From positions 2,487 to 66,486 of the IMG/VR virus record IMGVR_UViG_3300032316_000223: a stretch of 64,000 nt of DNA; one strand, 5' to 3'. Below are positions 37,601 through 47,057 of the stretch, in pieces (within the stretch, counting starts at the first letter, position 1; each line of letters opens with the position of its first letter). This DNA comes from a virus. The notes beneath the pieces were generated by a model, which did no database searches, had not been told where the DNA came from, and saw only the letters and a list, made by a program, of their open reading frames with translations. Made by a program: the position numbers and the translations under genes.

Positions 37601-38034
37601 AAGCCAACCCACAAATTTCAAATCCAAATTTAATTAGACCAGGCCAAGTAATTAAGATACCAGGAAAAATGTATGGTGGTTCAATTTCAAAATACATGGC
37701 ATTTGGCGGTAGAGCAATGGGATCAGATACCGTACCAACAATGCTAACTCCTGGAGAGTTTGTCATGAATAAGGCAGCGTCAAAAGCATATGGACCATTG
37801 CTTGAAAGAATAAATGAATCCAAGTATCCTGGAATGCTTGGTGATATGGGTACAACCCAAGTTCCAATAAATAACATTTCAACATCTGTAAGCGATAACT
37901 CAACGGCAGTGTATAATTATAATTTAGGATTCAGTATTAATAGCGCTAATGGAAATGCTAAAGATATTGCTAATGCGGTAATGAGAGAAATCAAAAATGT
38001 TGATTCACAAAGAATTAGAGGACAAAGGCGATAA
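31696..38034 (+). CDS. tape measure protein with C-terminal LysM domain
   Basis: 2112 aa helical; TP901-type core (G.NTQWAGRQL.VG.T.P, LNAVENQT, EGANALKS); LysM VKSGNTLSGIA...N.NLIRPGQ.I.IP. Confidence 0.92.
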   Translation: MADVNANIDINIDSSNALSQLKALQRQISQFHTSIAKSSEAAALAQKGLQKNLLNSINSIGAFSAEMRTVKTSAESFTDSLEKNKFSMREYFRYAGASTKTFGKLFKSEFETIGRVAEERVKRLQTQYIKMGRDTNGAMKAMAIMPTQLDMGDYNTKIQVAAQKQALFNQLMKQGSTNLLNFGKNTQWAGRQLMVGFTLPLMLVGSAATKTFMEMEAQALRFRKVYGDLFTPQSETKEALANITELGKQFTKYGVSVSQTVGLAAEAAAAGFQGLDLQRQTAQATRLSILGQVESQKALETTISLQNAFGMSSDKLAESIDFLNAVENQTVVSLDDITTAIPKVAPVIQQLGGDVKDLTFFMAAMKEGGINASEGANALKSGLAALINPTKKASDMLAGFGINATAIVEKNKGNLKATVVEFASALNALDPLARARAIEQMFGKFQFARLSTLFANVAKDGNQAARVLALANSSVEELSALSEQELGMTADSAMNKFKKSVEDLKFALVPVGEAFLEALTPVIEFVGGILEKFSNLSDGTKKLITLLTVGIGAVGPVLLMTFGLLANGVANIIKLFLTLRGGYQRLTGQSQMLGEQTQYMTMEQLDAAAAAHSLNQTHANLTQTFTAEVAQINKLIAAYTSAAGAARNFAMNNPGMMMPGRGARRFADGILSVPGPKGAGDVVPAMLSPGEAVIPTDMAKKYAPLINGMIADNIPGYKFGKGFKNATMFLPESINTLMGQLTGRGAATGDVTKYLDQAGGASMAPLVAVIAREIKVGLNNPKFKQEWSAIADLFAQTATDALNQSGREFIKDADLEEIVVPALREAAKGIQIAGKDIDVALENAISQIRTVGPVGVGSGSSGGIGRTTFAGSYRGARTAAQKFAAEENPAAFRQTERLSQSRGKTVRSFQTLNPMLDKWEVATMSHITTSVTASAEELTKQMTPYLGDVGEKITKAITKDIAKGAIQEARVVRQPFANSPQFEPKMDLSRGGSYRGTISDFVTQQTIRKNEEHAKRLADAAIASTAKAAGTQSPSRKTIPIGEDIARGLEVGMENRQDDVALAGSQLGQAATGGAGRGSRRVASRPQGAPGSVAGNAPRVGVPLSTLNAAYEENAMRDALRKQQQKIAITNQRMNSLNKAFMSGTFALSALSGVASMAGGNLGKFSEILFQITGPLFALSSVIQLLTGNKIISLISKFKVGFGLAGIGLMVGVGIIKLANDARKKELEYIYGLSNAMKTTTEQVKTLGDFFGVVPTKLPFENRNREIVSKDTRTARDRLRADESFKKQFAPTIKTLSKSTAQEAQLAFTTLALNLKAQGFANEQVQTIVDALREEAGKTEVKLDVKSLNFSTESIKELQDQIKPLLENLGKQLNSGGMQTKFIRGYGTAASETYIEFTKDAKKALSELSTFISETSNSAAGMFRLGLISGEQFESTLLSTLNTMNGLDETSRRVALLEVFKKLDLDAKPFLSTLYTVKQQMMLIALLSSGVLSKDSPILKALSSSDGKTKMRGINRLRVAYENLFGAINKVNEEDAKGGGGGGGGKGKPNALQERIKALQNQTKAYIILRNAKIDEATATELSNDAEIASLVIANNKGASLEKIIKLIKEYKAAIKGQADAELKYMEKPNLFKKQLERYQAQADLRDKIIDIQFAPKIKAENDALKTQEQNLQKVNDEIQKITDSQIKPIQDIIDANNFTLESISLQEDAINEKYNTQIEALDKIATINQDIANIQKQRLSIADALTRGDISAAAQLVQEARAENASSAVTGQKEALTNTRDAQIKALGRVAIEKQNKELQLQINTIERGSLLTLQQKKDTIENTIDSINRNIQALNSEVDSLKSSAFYAGKTREEIDSLAGLIEAAEKAGIPFNESLLTQAGSAAALAKALGDAVTNQKNLASLSGLSGGSGTGTGTGTGTGTGGSSTYVGGTKVDIPSTGSTVTVKSGNTLSGIAAKAGVKLADVIKANPQISNPNLIRPGQVIKIPGKMYGGSISKYMAFGGRAMGSDTVPTMLTPGEFVMNKAASKAYGPLLERINESKYPGMLGDMGTTQVPINNISTSVSDNSTAVYNYNLGFSINSANGNAKDIANAVMREIKNVDSQRIRGQRR

Positions 38035-38669
38035 TGGCTACTAGTGCTTATTTAACGGGTAGACGAAGGTACACCAGACCGCAGGGTATATTATGGGCAA
38101 ACAACGCTGGAACCCTCTCTAATGGCCTATACGTGCCTACTGGAGTGGAGGTAGGGGCATCTACAACAGAAACAGATCCAGATTTATTAGATCAGTTTAT
38201 TATTTTATCTGATCATAATAGGGGGGATATGCAATTTAATACCCAAAGAATTGAGCAACGCCAAAGAACGATTAATGGTCGCATGCGTTCATATCATATT
38301 GCAGATAAGTTAACTATGTCCGTGTCTTGGAACATGCTGCCTTCAAGAGGGTATTCAGGATTGCCTAACTTTAACTCAACAACAGGAGTATCACCAAGTG
38401 AAGGATCTACAACAGAGTACACAGCAGACGGTGGTGCAGGTGGAGTAGAACTTCTTGATTGGTATGAAACACATCAAGGTCCGTTTTTTATGTACCTTGC
38501 TTATGATAAATATACAAACCTAGAAGGACAAACTTATGAATACAATGGTTTAAATAGATATAATCAAATTATTGAAGTTTACTTTGCAGACTTTAATTAT
38601 TCAGTTGTAAAGCGTGGGGCAACAAATCATGATCTTTGGAACATATCGGCAACACTGGAAGAAGTCTAA
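38034..38669 (+). CDS. distal tail/minor tail protein
   Basis: Directly after tape measure; LSDHNR, RTING.MRSYH.ADK, LEEV end. Confidence 0.7.
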   Translation: MATSAYLTGRRRYTRPQGILWANNAGTLSNGLYVPTGVEVGASTTETDPDLLDQFIILSDHNRGDMQFNTQRIEQRQRTINGRMRSYHIADKLTMSVSWNMLPSRGYSGLPNFNSTTGVSPSEGSTTEYTADGGAGGVELLDWYETHQGPFFMYLAYDKYTNLEGQTYEYNGLNRYNQIIEVYFADFNYSVVKRGATNHDLWNISATLEEV

Positions 38670-41600
38670 ATGTTTGAAAGTGCTGAACTAAAAAACCACT
38701 TTGAAACATCTGCAACAATACAGACAGAGTCATTAGTTCTGGCTGAATGGAACATGAATATGCCAGACAATATATTTAAACTTGGTAATTACAGATATAG
38801 ATCCCAGGAACAAAATTCTCAATTCTTAACACTGCCTAATACATTTGATAGCGCAGACGCTGGATTATTTTATACTGGAGCAACAGATGCAGATGTTGTT
38901 GTTGATGGAGGGTTTGAAAATGATGGAACACCACAAACCTTCAAATCCATAAAAGAAAAAAATAAACTTTTATATTCATTAGAAGATTGCATAAAGCCAT
39001 TTAGACCTAGATCTGGTATTAATAAAGCAGTTGCTTTTAAGGGTAAGTTTTTATCAAATTCTGGAAGTGATCTTGCTAGAAGGCCAAGATATTATATGGC
39101 ATCACGATATGATCAATTTAAATACTTCACATCTTTTAGAACTGAGAATGGTGTTGAAAGAGGTATTGCTAAAAATATAGTTAACGGCAATTACTATATA
39201 GACGATACTGCACCATTTGTAGTTTATAAAAAAAATGTACCAGCAAACAGAATCATTGTAAAAATGCAGACCAATGTTGGAGACGTAGACCTAGGAGACT
39301 TTACTGATATTTCTAGAACTTTTTCAGATCCCTTTTTTGGTAACGTAAATAAAACAACGCCAACAAGGTGGAAGGTTCAATATCTTGAAGGAAATAATTG
39401 GGCAGATGCCTATGTGTTTACTGAAAACGATGTACGTGAAGATGGGTCCCCAATCATTGCTCATGACGGATATGTTGAATTACAATATAGATTAAAAAAT
39501 ATTCCAGATAATTTTAAAGACAGTTTTGTTTTTGCAGAAACCTTTTCTTCATCTACACTACTACCAAATGAATCAATAAACGGATATGCATATTTAGTTA
39601 TTTCAAATGCAGGAGATGTTGGAACTTATTATGTTTGGAACAGCACCACTGAAACGTATGATACATTTACTCCCGTTTATGGATGGGTACTAGGAAGTGA
39701 ACAAATTGACAATAAGACAACATTTGTTACAGATCTAACAAATCCATCATCATTTCAAGAAACAACAAATGGGCAAATTATTTATAGAGAGTTTCAAAAT
39801 GTTCGTGGACTAAGAATCGTAGTAGAAAAAATGAACAAGTTTGATTCTACCTTTGATTTAATTGAAATGTCTCCAAGATTAGTTGCTAATATATCGGATA
39901 AGACAATAGATTATAGCGTTAAAAAAATTCTTTCAGATCTTGGAACATCTGCTTTACCAGTAGGACAATTACTCGCTTCAACTGGAAGCATATCTTTATT
40001 TGATGATGATCAAGCCTTTAATGATAATAACACAACTAGCATAATTAGTGATTATGTTGATAAAAATATTAAATTTAATTTTTATGAAAAAATATTAAAT
40101 GTAAGTGGATTTGATTATTGGGTTCCGATCAAAACGCTTTATTCTGATGGATTTCCACAAGCAACCGTTACTGCTGGTACATTAGAAATATCTTTAAGAG
40201 ACTTTTATTTCTTTTTAGAATCTATGCCTGCCCCTAGAATGTTAGTAACAGAGGTATCGCTTAGTTATGCAATTAGTTTAATTCTTGATTATATTGGGTT
40301 TAGCAATTACGCATTTTATAGAACAACGAACGAACCAGACCCAATCATTCCATATTTTTTTATTGCTCCAGATCAAACGGTAGCAGAAGTGTTAAATCAA
40401 CTTGCAGTGTCTACACAAACAGCAATGTTTTTTGATGAATATAACAATTTTATTGTAATGAGCAAAAACTATATGCTCCCAGATATAGATGATAGAACTT
40501 CCAGCATGGTTCTGTCTGGGTCTAATAATCAATCTGTTAGCGGTATTATTGAAAACTTATCTTCTGGAACACTTCCAAATATTATTTCAATTGCATCTGA
40601 AGATAAAAAAGTTTATAATAACGGAAAGATTAATTATACAACTAGGTATATTCAAAGATCATACGGTTCTATTCGTCAAGCAAGTATGATTGATATAGAT
40701 AAAACTTGGATTTATAAACCAGCACTTTTATGGGAAGTATCTGGAACGGACTCAACTAAAACAATTAATGAGGTTGCGTCTAAACAGGGTAAATATGTTT
40801 TAGGAGCAATGCCGTTAAATTCTGACCTTACTATGTCTCCACCAAGTGTTGTTAATCGTAAAATAGTAAATAATGTTTTTGATCTTGGGGAAAACGTTTA
40901 TTGGCTTACAAGATATCAAGGATACTTTTATTCTAATGGAGAAGTCATTAGATATGACGCTGCACAGTTTAATGTTACCCTTGCAATTTGGTATCCCATA
41001 TTGTCAGACGGTATAAATTTAGATGAATCTAAACCAGAAATTGTTTTACCTGGAAGATTAGCGCCAACAAGCGTTATTGATAATTTAGACAAAAGAGTTG
41101 CAAATAGAGAAATTACAGAAGCACAAAAGGGTGAACAAATACAGGCATGGAGAGTTTCTCACAGACAGGGCAGTAGCAATGTGTGGATTACCAATAATCA
41201 AGAGTATCAAAACTTTTTTAAATCTTTGCCGTTTAACGGAAAAATATACCCAACTGGTTTAGTAAGAATTTATACAGTTCCATTTTACGAAGACATTGAT
41301 GGTGTTACTCGTTTACAGAATGGCGCAGTTTATGAGCATGGACGTGCTCAATTTGGAACAGCAATAACAAGTCATACTGCTGGAATAGACACATATTGGT
41401 CAAACAATTCCTATGTTAGAGGCTGTGATATGGAAACCCAATATTTATTTACAACTACTTTGCTTGAAGATATTTCTTTACCAGCAACTTCAATTGGAGC
41501 AGCAGGAGTCAATAACTCTAAAGCACAGCAGACATCAAGAGGCGGAACAATTAAAAACTTTATGTCTTCAAGTTACACAACGGAAACATCAGTTAACTCA

Positions 41601-43178
41601 ACCATATCTCCTAAAACTGGAACAATTCAGTCATCAGCGCTAGTAATGAATGGTCCAACTTTTGAAACAACTGAGACTCCAATTGATTTGGTTTCTTATG
41701 TTTACAAAGAATTAGATAATTCTTATAAACATTTTGGAACAAGAATGCGTATTATTGGAAAGATTGAAAATAATGAACGTCGTAGTCAAACACCAAATGG
41801 AAGCACAACATATTATCAAGTTGCTGGAGTTCAACCAGATCAAAACGTAAGCATTGGTGGTGGCTCAGGTGGTCTTGCAGTATTGCTTAATCCAACCACT
41901 AACAATGGATATTATTTTGAAATTGCTGCATTAACAGAAGATAATATAGAGTCATACTTAAAATTAGATAAAAATAATAAATCACAAATTTCTATTAACA
42001 ATGTTGTTTTTTATAAAATTAAAAAAGATGCTTCTAACAATAATGCAATTCCTGTAAAACTTTATGGCGGTCTAGCAAAAATTACAGTTGACGATGGTAG
42101 GTTTACTGGGCAGTATAGAATGTCTGGTGAAGAAAATCCAACGGTATATGATTTAGCGGTAGAGTATCAAGACATAGGAAAAATAAGAAGGTTCTATCTA
42201 TATATTAATAATCAGTTGATTAAAGTTGTAGACGATCCAGACCCACTTCCAATATACAATAATATGGCTCCATTTGTTCGTGGTTCATCCAGAGTTATGT
42301 TTGAAAACATTTATGCTTTGTCACAAAACTATTCTCAAAATAGCGTTTTTACAGTTGGAGAAACTTTATCTTCTGCTTTTGGAGATAATGAAATAAGTGC
42401 TAGCGAATCTTTAAGAAAATATGCAATGAGCGGTATGGTTCAAGCAACTTACCTATCTGGGATTAGTGCCCAGCAACCACCTAAGTACAATTTATATTTT
42501 GATGAATTTGGCTCAATAATGAGAGAATGTGCTTATTTTGATGTTAAATATGATCGTGCATACCCAGCACTTTATGCTAAACTATCACCAACATTTAATA
42601 ATATTAAAGGCTATGTCTCATCTGGTTTTTATGCAGACTCTTATGGTGCTGAGTTTTTAATATTTAATGCTACAGATACAGCATTAAATCTTGATGAAAC
42701 AAGCGGGAACTACTTAAGAATTCAAGGTGTTACATTTACACAAGACACTACACATGAGTTAACAGTTGACGAATACTTTAAAAAACGTAGCAATTTTTCT
42801 AACCCATTATTAACTGGATCTTCTCAAATTGTTTCTCCGCAAGTTGAAAAACAAAGGTTTGATGAAATTAAAAGAAGCAGAATGATTTATGGGAATAACG
42901 AGTTTACTTTAGACACTCCATATATACAGACCCAAGATGATGCAGAAAATTTAATGGGATGGATGATAGACAAACTTATGGTTCCTAAAAAATCAATTGG
43001 TTTAAAAATATTTGCAACTCCAACAATTCAACTTGGAGATATAGTAACAATTAACTATAAAGATTCTAATAACTTAGATTTAGTTACTTCAACTAATTCT
43101 AGGTTTATAATTTATAACATTGAGTATGCAAGAAAAATAAATGGTCCAGACATGACTATTTATTTGGCGGAGGTGTAA
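38670..43178 (+). CDS. large tail tip/hub protein
   Basis: 1502 aa; MFFDEYNNF, C-terminal P.IQLGDIVTI hub signature. Confidence 0.7.
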   Translation: MFESAELKNHFETSATIQTESLVLAEWNMNMPDNIFKLGNYRYRSQEQNSQFLTLPNTFDSADAGLFYTGATDADVVVDGGFENDGTPQTFKSIKEKNKLLYSLEDCIKPFRPRSGINKAVAFKGKFLSNSGSDLARRPRYYMASRYDQFKYFTSFRTENGVERGIAKNIVNGNYYIDDTAPFVVYKKNVPANRIIVKMQTNVGDVDLGDFTDISRTFSDPFFGNVNKTTPTRWKVQYLEGNNWADAYVFTENDVREDGSPIIAHDGYVELQYRLKNIPDNFKDSFVFAETFSSSTLLPNESINGYAYLVISNAGDVGTYYVWNSTTETYDTFTPVYGWVLGSEQIDNKTTFVTDLTNPSSFQETTNGQIIYREFQNVRGLRIVVEKMNKFDSTFDLIEMSPRLVANISDKTIDYSVKKILSDLGTSALPVGQLLASTGSISLFDDDQAFNDNNTTSIISDYVDKNIKFNFYEKILNVSGFDYWVPIKTLYSDGFPQATVTAGTLEISLRDFYFFLESMPAPRMLVTEVSLSYAISLILDYIGFSNYAFYRTTNEPDPIIPYFFIAPDQTVAEVLNQLAVSTQTAMFFDEYNNFIVMSKNYMLPDIDDRTSSMVLSGSNNQSVSGIIENLSSGTLPNIISIASEDKKVYNNGKINYTTRYIQRSYGSIRQASMIDIDKTWIYKPALLWEVSGTDSTKTINEVASKQGKYVLGAMPLNSDLTMSPPSVVNRKIVNNVFDLGENVYWLTRYQGYFYSNGEVIRYDAAQFNVTLAIWYPILSDGINLDESKPEIVLPGRLAPTSVIDNLDKRVANREITEAQKGEQIQAWRVSHRQGSSNVWITNNQEYQNFFKSLPFNGKIYPTGLVRIYTVPFYEDIDGVTRLQNGAVYEHGRAQFGTAITSHTAGIDTYWSNNSYVRGCDMETQYLFTTTLLEDISLPATSIGAAGVNNSKAQQTSRGGTIKNFMSSSYTTETSVNSTISPKTGTIQSSALVMNGPTFETTETPIDLVSYVYKELDNSYKHFGTRMRIIGKIENNERRSQTPNGSTTYYQVAGVQPDQNVSIGGGSGGLAVLLNPTTNNGYYFEIAALTEDNIESYLKLDKNNKSQISINNVVFYKIKKDASNNNAIPVKLYGGLAKITVDDGRFTGQYRMSGEENPTVYDLAVEYQDIGKIRRFYLYINNQLIKVVDDPDPLPIYNNMAPFVRGSSRVMFENIYALSQNYSQNSVFTVGETLSSAFGDNEISASESLRKYAMSGMVQATYLSGISAQQPPKYNLYFDEFGSIMRECAYFDVKYDRAYPALYAKLSPTFNNIKGYVSSGFYADSYGAEFLIFNATDTALNLDETSGNYLRIQGVTFTQDTTHELTVDEYFKKRSNFSNPLLTGSSQIVSPQVEKQRFDEIKRSRMIYGNNEFTLDTPYIQTQDDAENLMGWMIDKLMVPKKSIGLKIFATPTIQLGDIVTINYKDSNNLDLVTSTNSRFIIYNIEYARKINGPDMTIYLAEV

Positions 43179-43179
43179 G

Positions 43180-44094
43180 ATGGCAAAACCAGATCCAAAA
43201 AATCCAGATACTGCTGTACGTGCACAATCTGGAGATTCATTAAGCGCAATTGCAAAGGCTTATGATTTAACTCTTTCTGAAATTAAAGCATTAAATCCAA
43301 ATATTGTGAATGATGCAAAATATAATGGTGGAAAAACAATTTTTTCTAATACAAAAATTAATATTGCCCCAGCAAGTTCAGGTAAGATTACTATGGGAAA
43401 CCCAAATAACGGAATGTTTATTGGTCCTATCCCAACAGGAACTACTCGTACTGCAACTGGATATGTACCAGAAGTTAAGGAGCCATCAGGATATTCTCCA
43501 GGAGATTTTAGAAAAGCAGAAGAAAAATCTAATGAGCCTTTTTATCAATCACAAAATATACCAGATGTACCAGATGTTCCTGAAAAATTCTTTGGACTTA
43601 AAGTAAACCCAACACCACCAACCCCAACCTTAACAGCAACAGTTTTACCTCCACCACCACCAGTTAAAACTGCAACTTTAGATATTATATTGTTTGATGA
43701 AGAGTCCATCCCTACAGATGGAATGTTTGATCAAATATTTGAAAATATTGGCGGTCAAGAATTAATTAGTATAACAAGGTCTGACATTGTTAATGGACAA
43801 AAAATATCATATCAACCCATTAAAAACCTTTCAGCCATTCAACAAAGGTATAATCCAAACAATATTCTTAGCCTACAACAAACCGCAGACAAATTCTTTG
43901 CTGGATTTTCAATTAAACTAGAAGACAAGGTTCCACAAATTGGCAATGGGGCTAACGGAGAAAACGTATACCTTAACGCAACTGGAGACCTAATCATTGA
44001 GTTTATCAACATAAATGCTGATGAACAAATAGAAACACAGATTAGCGTAAGTGGTACAATATATGAAGCAGATCTTGGAGACTATACATCATGA
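43180..44094 (+). CDS. LysM-domain minor tail protein
   Basis: AQSGDSLSAIAKAYDLTLSEIKALNP; Pro-rich linker. Confidence 0.7.
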   Translation: MAKPDPKNPDTAVRAQSGDSLSAIAKAYDLTLSEIKALNPNIVNDAKYNGGKTIFSNTKINIAPASSGKITMGNPNNGMFIGPIPTGTTRTATGYVPEVKEPSGYSPGDFRKAEEKSNEPFYQSQNIPDVPDVPEKFFGLKVNPTPPTPTLTATVLPPPPPVKTATLDIILFDEESIPTDGMFDQIFENIGGQELISITRSDIVNGQKISYQPIKNLSAIQQRYNPNNILSLQQTADKFFAGFSIKLEDKVPQIGNGANGENVYLNATGDLIIEFININADEQIETQISVSGTIYEADLGDYTS

Positions 44095-45251
44095 TAACCA
44101 ATACTGGTAAATCTATTATTGCAAAGTATTTACTTGGCCAGGCTCCTGCCTATGCCTCTTATATTGCTATTGGCTGTGGTGCTACCCCGCTAGATACCGC
44201 CGATGAAATTGGCGATTATTCAACAAAAACAAATTTAGACTTTGAGATGTTTCGTGTTCCAATATCATCTAGAGGTTTTGTAAATGAAGACGGTGTAGAT
44301 AAAATTGTTTTAACAGCAGAACTACCAACAGAAGAAAGATATGAAATATCTGAAATTGGAATATATTCTGCAGGTTCCAACCCATCCGCTGGAGCATATG
44401 ATAGTAAAACAGTATTTGCGTTTACACAAACAGAAAACTGGCAGTATGTAACAACAGCAGCAGCAGTGGCAATTGACACAGAGTCTGCTGCGCTAGATGC
44501 TCCTATTTATAACAACATTATTGCTGTAACAGATCCAGTATTTCAAACAAGCGCAGATAATCCGATATTTTTTAAATCACCAAGAGTTGCAAGATATGAA
44601 AGACCAAGATTTTTAAATAATGTAATTATGATAAAAGGCAATGAGGCTGATCTTGATATTGAATCTGACAGTGGTCCAACACAAGATACTTTTGCAATAG
44701 GTGCAGGATCAAACTATATTAGATTAAGCGGTACAACAGTTGATTTTACAAAAAATTCTCCAACAGATCAATTAAGATTAGCATTCTCAATCGTAAACAG
44801 AGATGGAACATATGGGGCGGGAACTCAACCAGAAAGAGCAAGAGTTTTGGTTTCATTTGAAAATACAAGTGGAACAGAGTTTGCAAGACTTGAGGCAGAA
44901 GTTGCTGACGATAGTAGTGGTGGACAATACGATTTTGCTACAGAAAGATATTTTGTTGTAACAAAACAACTTCAACAACTATATAGAACCTCTGGATTTG
45001 ATTGGAATGCCGTTTCTGTAGTTAAAGTGTACGCATGCGTTATTGATGGAGTTAATCCCTCTGGTAATTATTATGTAGCCTTGGATGCTTTAAAACTAGA
45101 AAATGTTGCCACAGTAAACCCACTCTACGGATTAACAGGATATTCAGTAATTCAAACTGCAGGCGCAGCAACAATAGTTAAAAGTCCTAATACTAGCAAC
45201 TATGTTGAATTTAGATTTTCAGTGGATCTCTCTAGTGGAAACAATTCATAA
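44091..45251 (+). CDS. minor tail/baseplate protein
   Basis: MITNTGK.IIAKY...YIAIG.G, L.FE..R.P, ISEIGIY. Confidence 0.65.
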   Translation: MITNTGKSIIAKYLLGQAPAYASYIAIGCGATPLDTADEIGDYSTKTNLDFEMFRVPISSRGFVNEDGVDKIVLTAELPTEERYEISEIGIYSAGSNPSAGAYDSKTVFAFTQTENWQYVTTAAAVAIDTESAALDAPIYNNIIAVTDPVFQTSADNPIFFKSPRVARYERPRFLNNVIMIKGNEADLDIESDSGPTQDTFAIGAGSNYIRLSGTTVDFTKNSPTDQLRLAFSIVNRDGTYGAGTQPERARVLVSFENTSGTEFARLEAEVADDSSGGQYDFATERYFVVTKQLQQLYRTSGFDWNAVSVVKVYACVIDGVNPSGNYYVALDALKLENVATVNPLYGLTGYSVIQTAGAATIVKSPNTSNYVEFRFSVDLSSGNNS

Positions 45252-45676
45252 TGGCTGACGCAGGAATTAAAAGAGTTATAATTAAAAAATCATCTTTACC
45301 AGCAGTAGATAATAATAAAGTTGGATACGTTTTTAGATATAGGGTTGTTTCTGAAGATAAAAACAGAACTTCTCAATGGTCTCCAATAAACCTTGTATTA
45401 GACAACTCAATTACTAGTGTTACTGGAACAGTACAGGTTTCATCCTCAGTTATTAGTACAGTCTGGGGAGATGAATTAAATAGACCAAAATATGATGTTT
45501 TTGTTGGATTTGATGGTGCTACAGCAACCTATCATGGAACGACACCAATTCACTCATATCAATTTATTAAAACTGGAACCACAAATGTGCGTGTAATTAT
45601 TCAAGTTGAATCATCTGAGAAAACATTAAATGCCAATTTGCAAATATACAACTCTGGCTTAGTTTCTTTGGTATAA
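45251..45676 (+). CDS. minor tail protein (putative)
   Basis: RYRVVSEDKNRTSQWSP; position. Confidence 0.55.
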   Translation: MADAGIKRVIIKKSSLPAVDNNKVGYVFRYRVVSEDKNRTSQWSPINLVLDNSITSVTGTVQVSSSVISTVWGDELNRPKYDVFVGFDGATATYHGTTPIHSYQFIKTGTTNVRVIIQVESSEKTLNANLQIYNSGLVSLV

Positions 45677-45693
45677 TAAAATAGGAGGAATAA

Positions 45694-46134
45694 ATGGCAA
45701 AAGTACCACTACCAGAAAGAGGGCAACCTCTTGATGTTACATATTTATATCAATTGATTGAGGCTGTAAACGACCTCTCTACAAATGTTGCTTCTAAGCA
45801 AACAAGTAAGACAATTATTGATACCGCAAGTGCTGGTAAGGCAGAGGTTCAAACCTCTAATACAAGAATAGTAGGCGGTTTGGTTGAAGTTGCAAACAAC
45901 TCCACGGTTTCGGCGGGAAACGAAAGAACATTTACCTATGACTTTAAAGACTTTAAATATCCACCAATAGTATCAGCAACTCCAGTAAACACTGGACAAA
46001 CACCAGCAGGACAAAACGTAAATATTGTTTTAAAGAGCGTTACAGAAACAAGGGTAGAAGGTGTTGTAAGGTTTGGCGCATCTGGAGATTTATCTCTGTC
46101 AGTACACTTAGTCATTGTCGGTATACCAAATTAA
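45694..46134 (+). CDS. minor tail protein, gp53/H-lectin-like C-terminus (putative)
   Basis: PLPERGQPLD; FKYPPIVSATP...IVG; AGGAGG SD. Confidence 0.55.
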   Translation: MAKVPLPERGQPLDVTYLYQLIEAVNDLSTNVASKQTSKTIIDTASAGKAEVQTSNTRIVGGLVEVANNSTVSAGNERTFTYDFKDFKYPPIVSATPVNTGQTPAGQNVNIVLKSVTETRVEGVVRFGASGDLSLSVHLVIVGIPN

Positions 46135-46145
46135 AGATAATATTA

Positions 46146-46337
46146 ATGATTTATTGTAAAAAATGCAAAGGTAGAACTTTTGTTGATAGACAGTATAGCA
46201 GTGCTCAGCACATAGAGACATCCTGTATGGTATGTGGTATGAGAAAATTTTTTCATCCACCAACAGAAAGTGAAGAAGGAAGATGGTTACTAGCAAAGGA
46301 ATTATCCAGAGCGAAATCTACAATAACGAAACTGTAA
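46146..46337 (+). CDS. small zinc-ribbon protein
   Basis: CKKC...CMVCG. Confidence 0.6.
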   Translation: MIYCKKCKGRTFVDRQYSSAQHIETSCMVCGMRKFFHPPTESEEGRWLLAKELSRAKSTITKL

Positions 46338-46825
46338 TAAAAGGAAATAAAAAAATATGGTTTCTCAATGGAGATTTAGTAAGACTACATCACAGTTCAA
46401 GATCTACGGGAATGGTTTCTGTTTATAATATTACTAAAGATAGAATTGAAACTTGCTTAAGATCTGACTTTAGAAAAAATAGAGAACGTGCATATACTGT
46501 AACTGAGACTGCTAAATTAATTAATCGTCATAGAAAATATATGCCTAAATTAGTGAAGACTGGAGTGATACCAAAACCAGTTGGAGCAAGGATAAACGGA
46601 CAAAGAGGTTGGCAAATTAGGTCCTATTATTCAGAAAGCATGGTGAGGGACATACGTGCTATACTGGCTACTATACATATAGGACAACCAAGAAAAGATG
46701 GACTTATAACAAATAATATGACTCCTACAAGCCAAGAGTTGACACGGCGAATGGGGGACGGTATACTTACATATACAAAGACAGAAGATGGAAGATTTAT
46801 TCCTGTTTGGGCAGAAAACATTTAA
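46283..46825 (+). CDS. MerR/excisionase-like HTH DNA-binding protein
   Basis: YTVTETAKLINRH......V..GVIP.P......RSYYSE. Confidence 0.6.
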   Translation: MVTSKGIIQSEIYNNETVIKGNKKIWFLNGDLVRLHHSSRSTGMVSVYNITKDRIETCLRSDFRKNRERAYTVTETAKLINRHRKYMPKLVKTGVIPKPVGARINGQRGWQIRSYYSESMVRDIRAILATIHIGQPRKDGLITNNMTPTSQELTRRMGDGILTYTKTEDGRFIPVWAENI

Positions 46826-46844
46826 TAATAGAAACGGTGGGGTA

Positions 46845-47057
46845 ATGGAAAACGAAAATACAAAAGTATCAGTAGCACTTGGATATACACTTAATTTGGG
46901 TAACTTTCAGTCATTAAGGTTTGATTTTAACGTTACAGATAATGCACGAAATGGTGAAACAGTAGACCAGGCTTTTAGTCGTGTATATAAGTTTGTAGAA
47001 GATAAGTTAACGGAAAAAGTCAAAGAAGCCGAAACAGAGGCTGACAGTAGCAACTAA
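46845..47057 (+). CDS. conserved small phage protein (YTLNLGNFQSLR)
   Basis: Motif LGYTLNLGNFQS; start re-set to 46845 (GGTGGGG SD). Confidence 0.65.
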   Translation: MENENTKVSVALGYTLNLGNFQSLRFDFNVTDNARNGETVDQAFSRVYKFVEDKLTEKVKEAETEADSSN

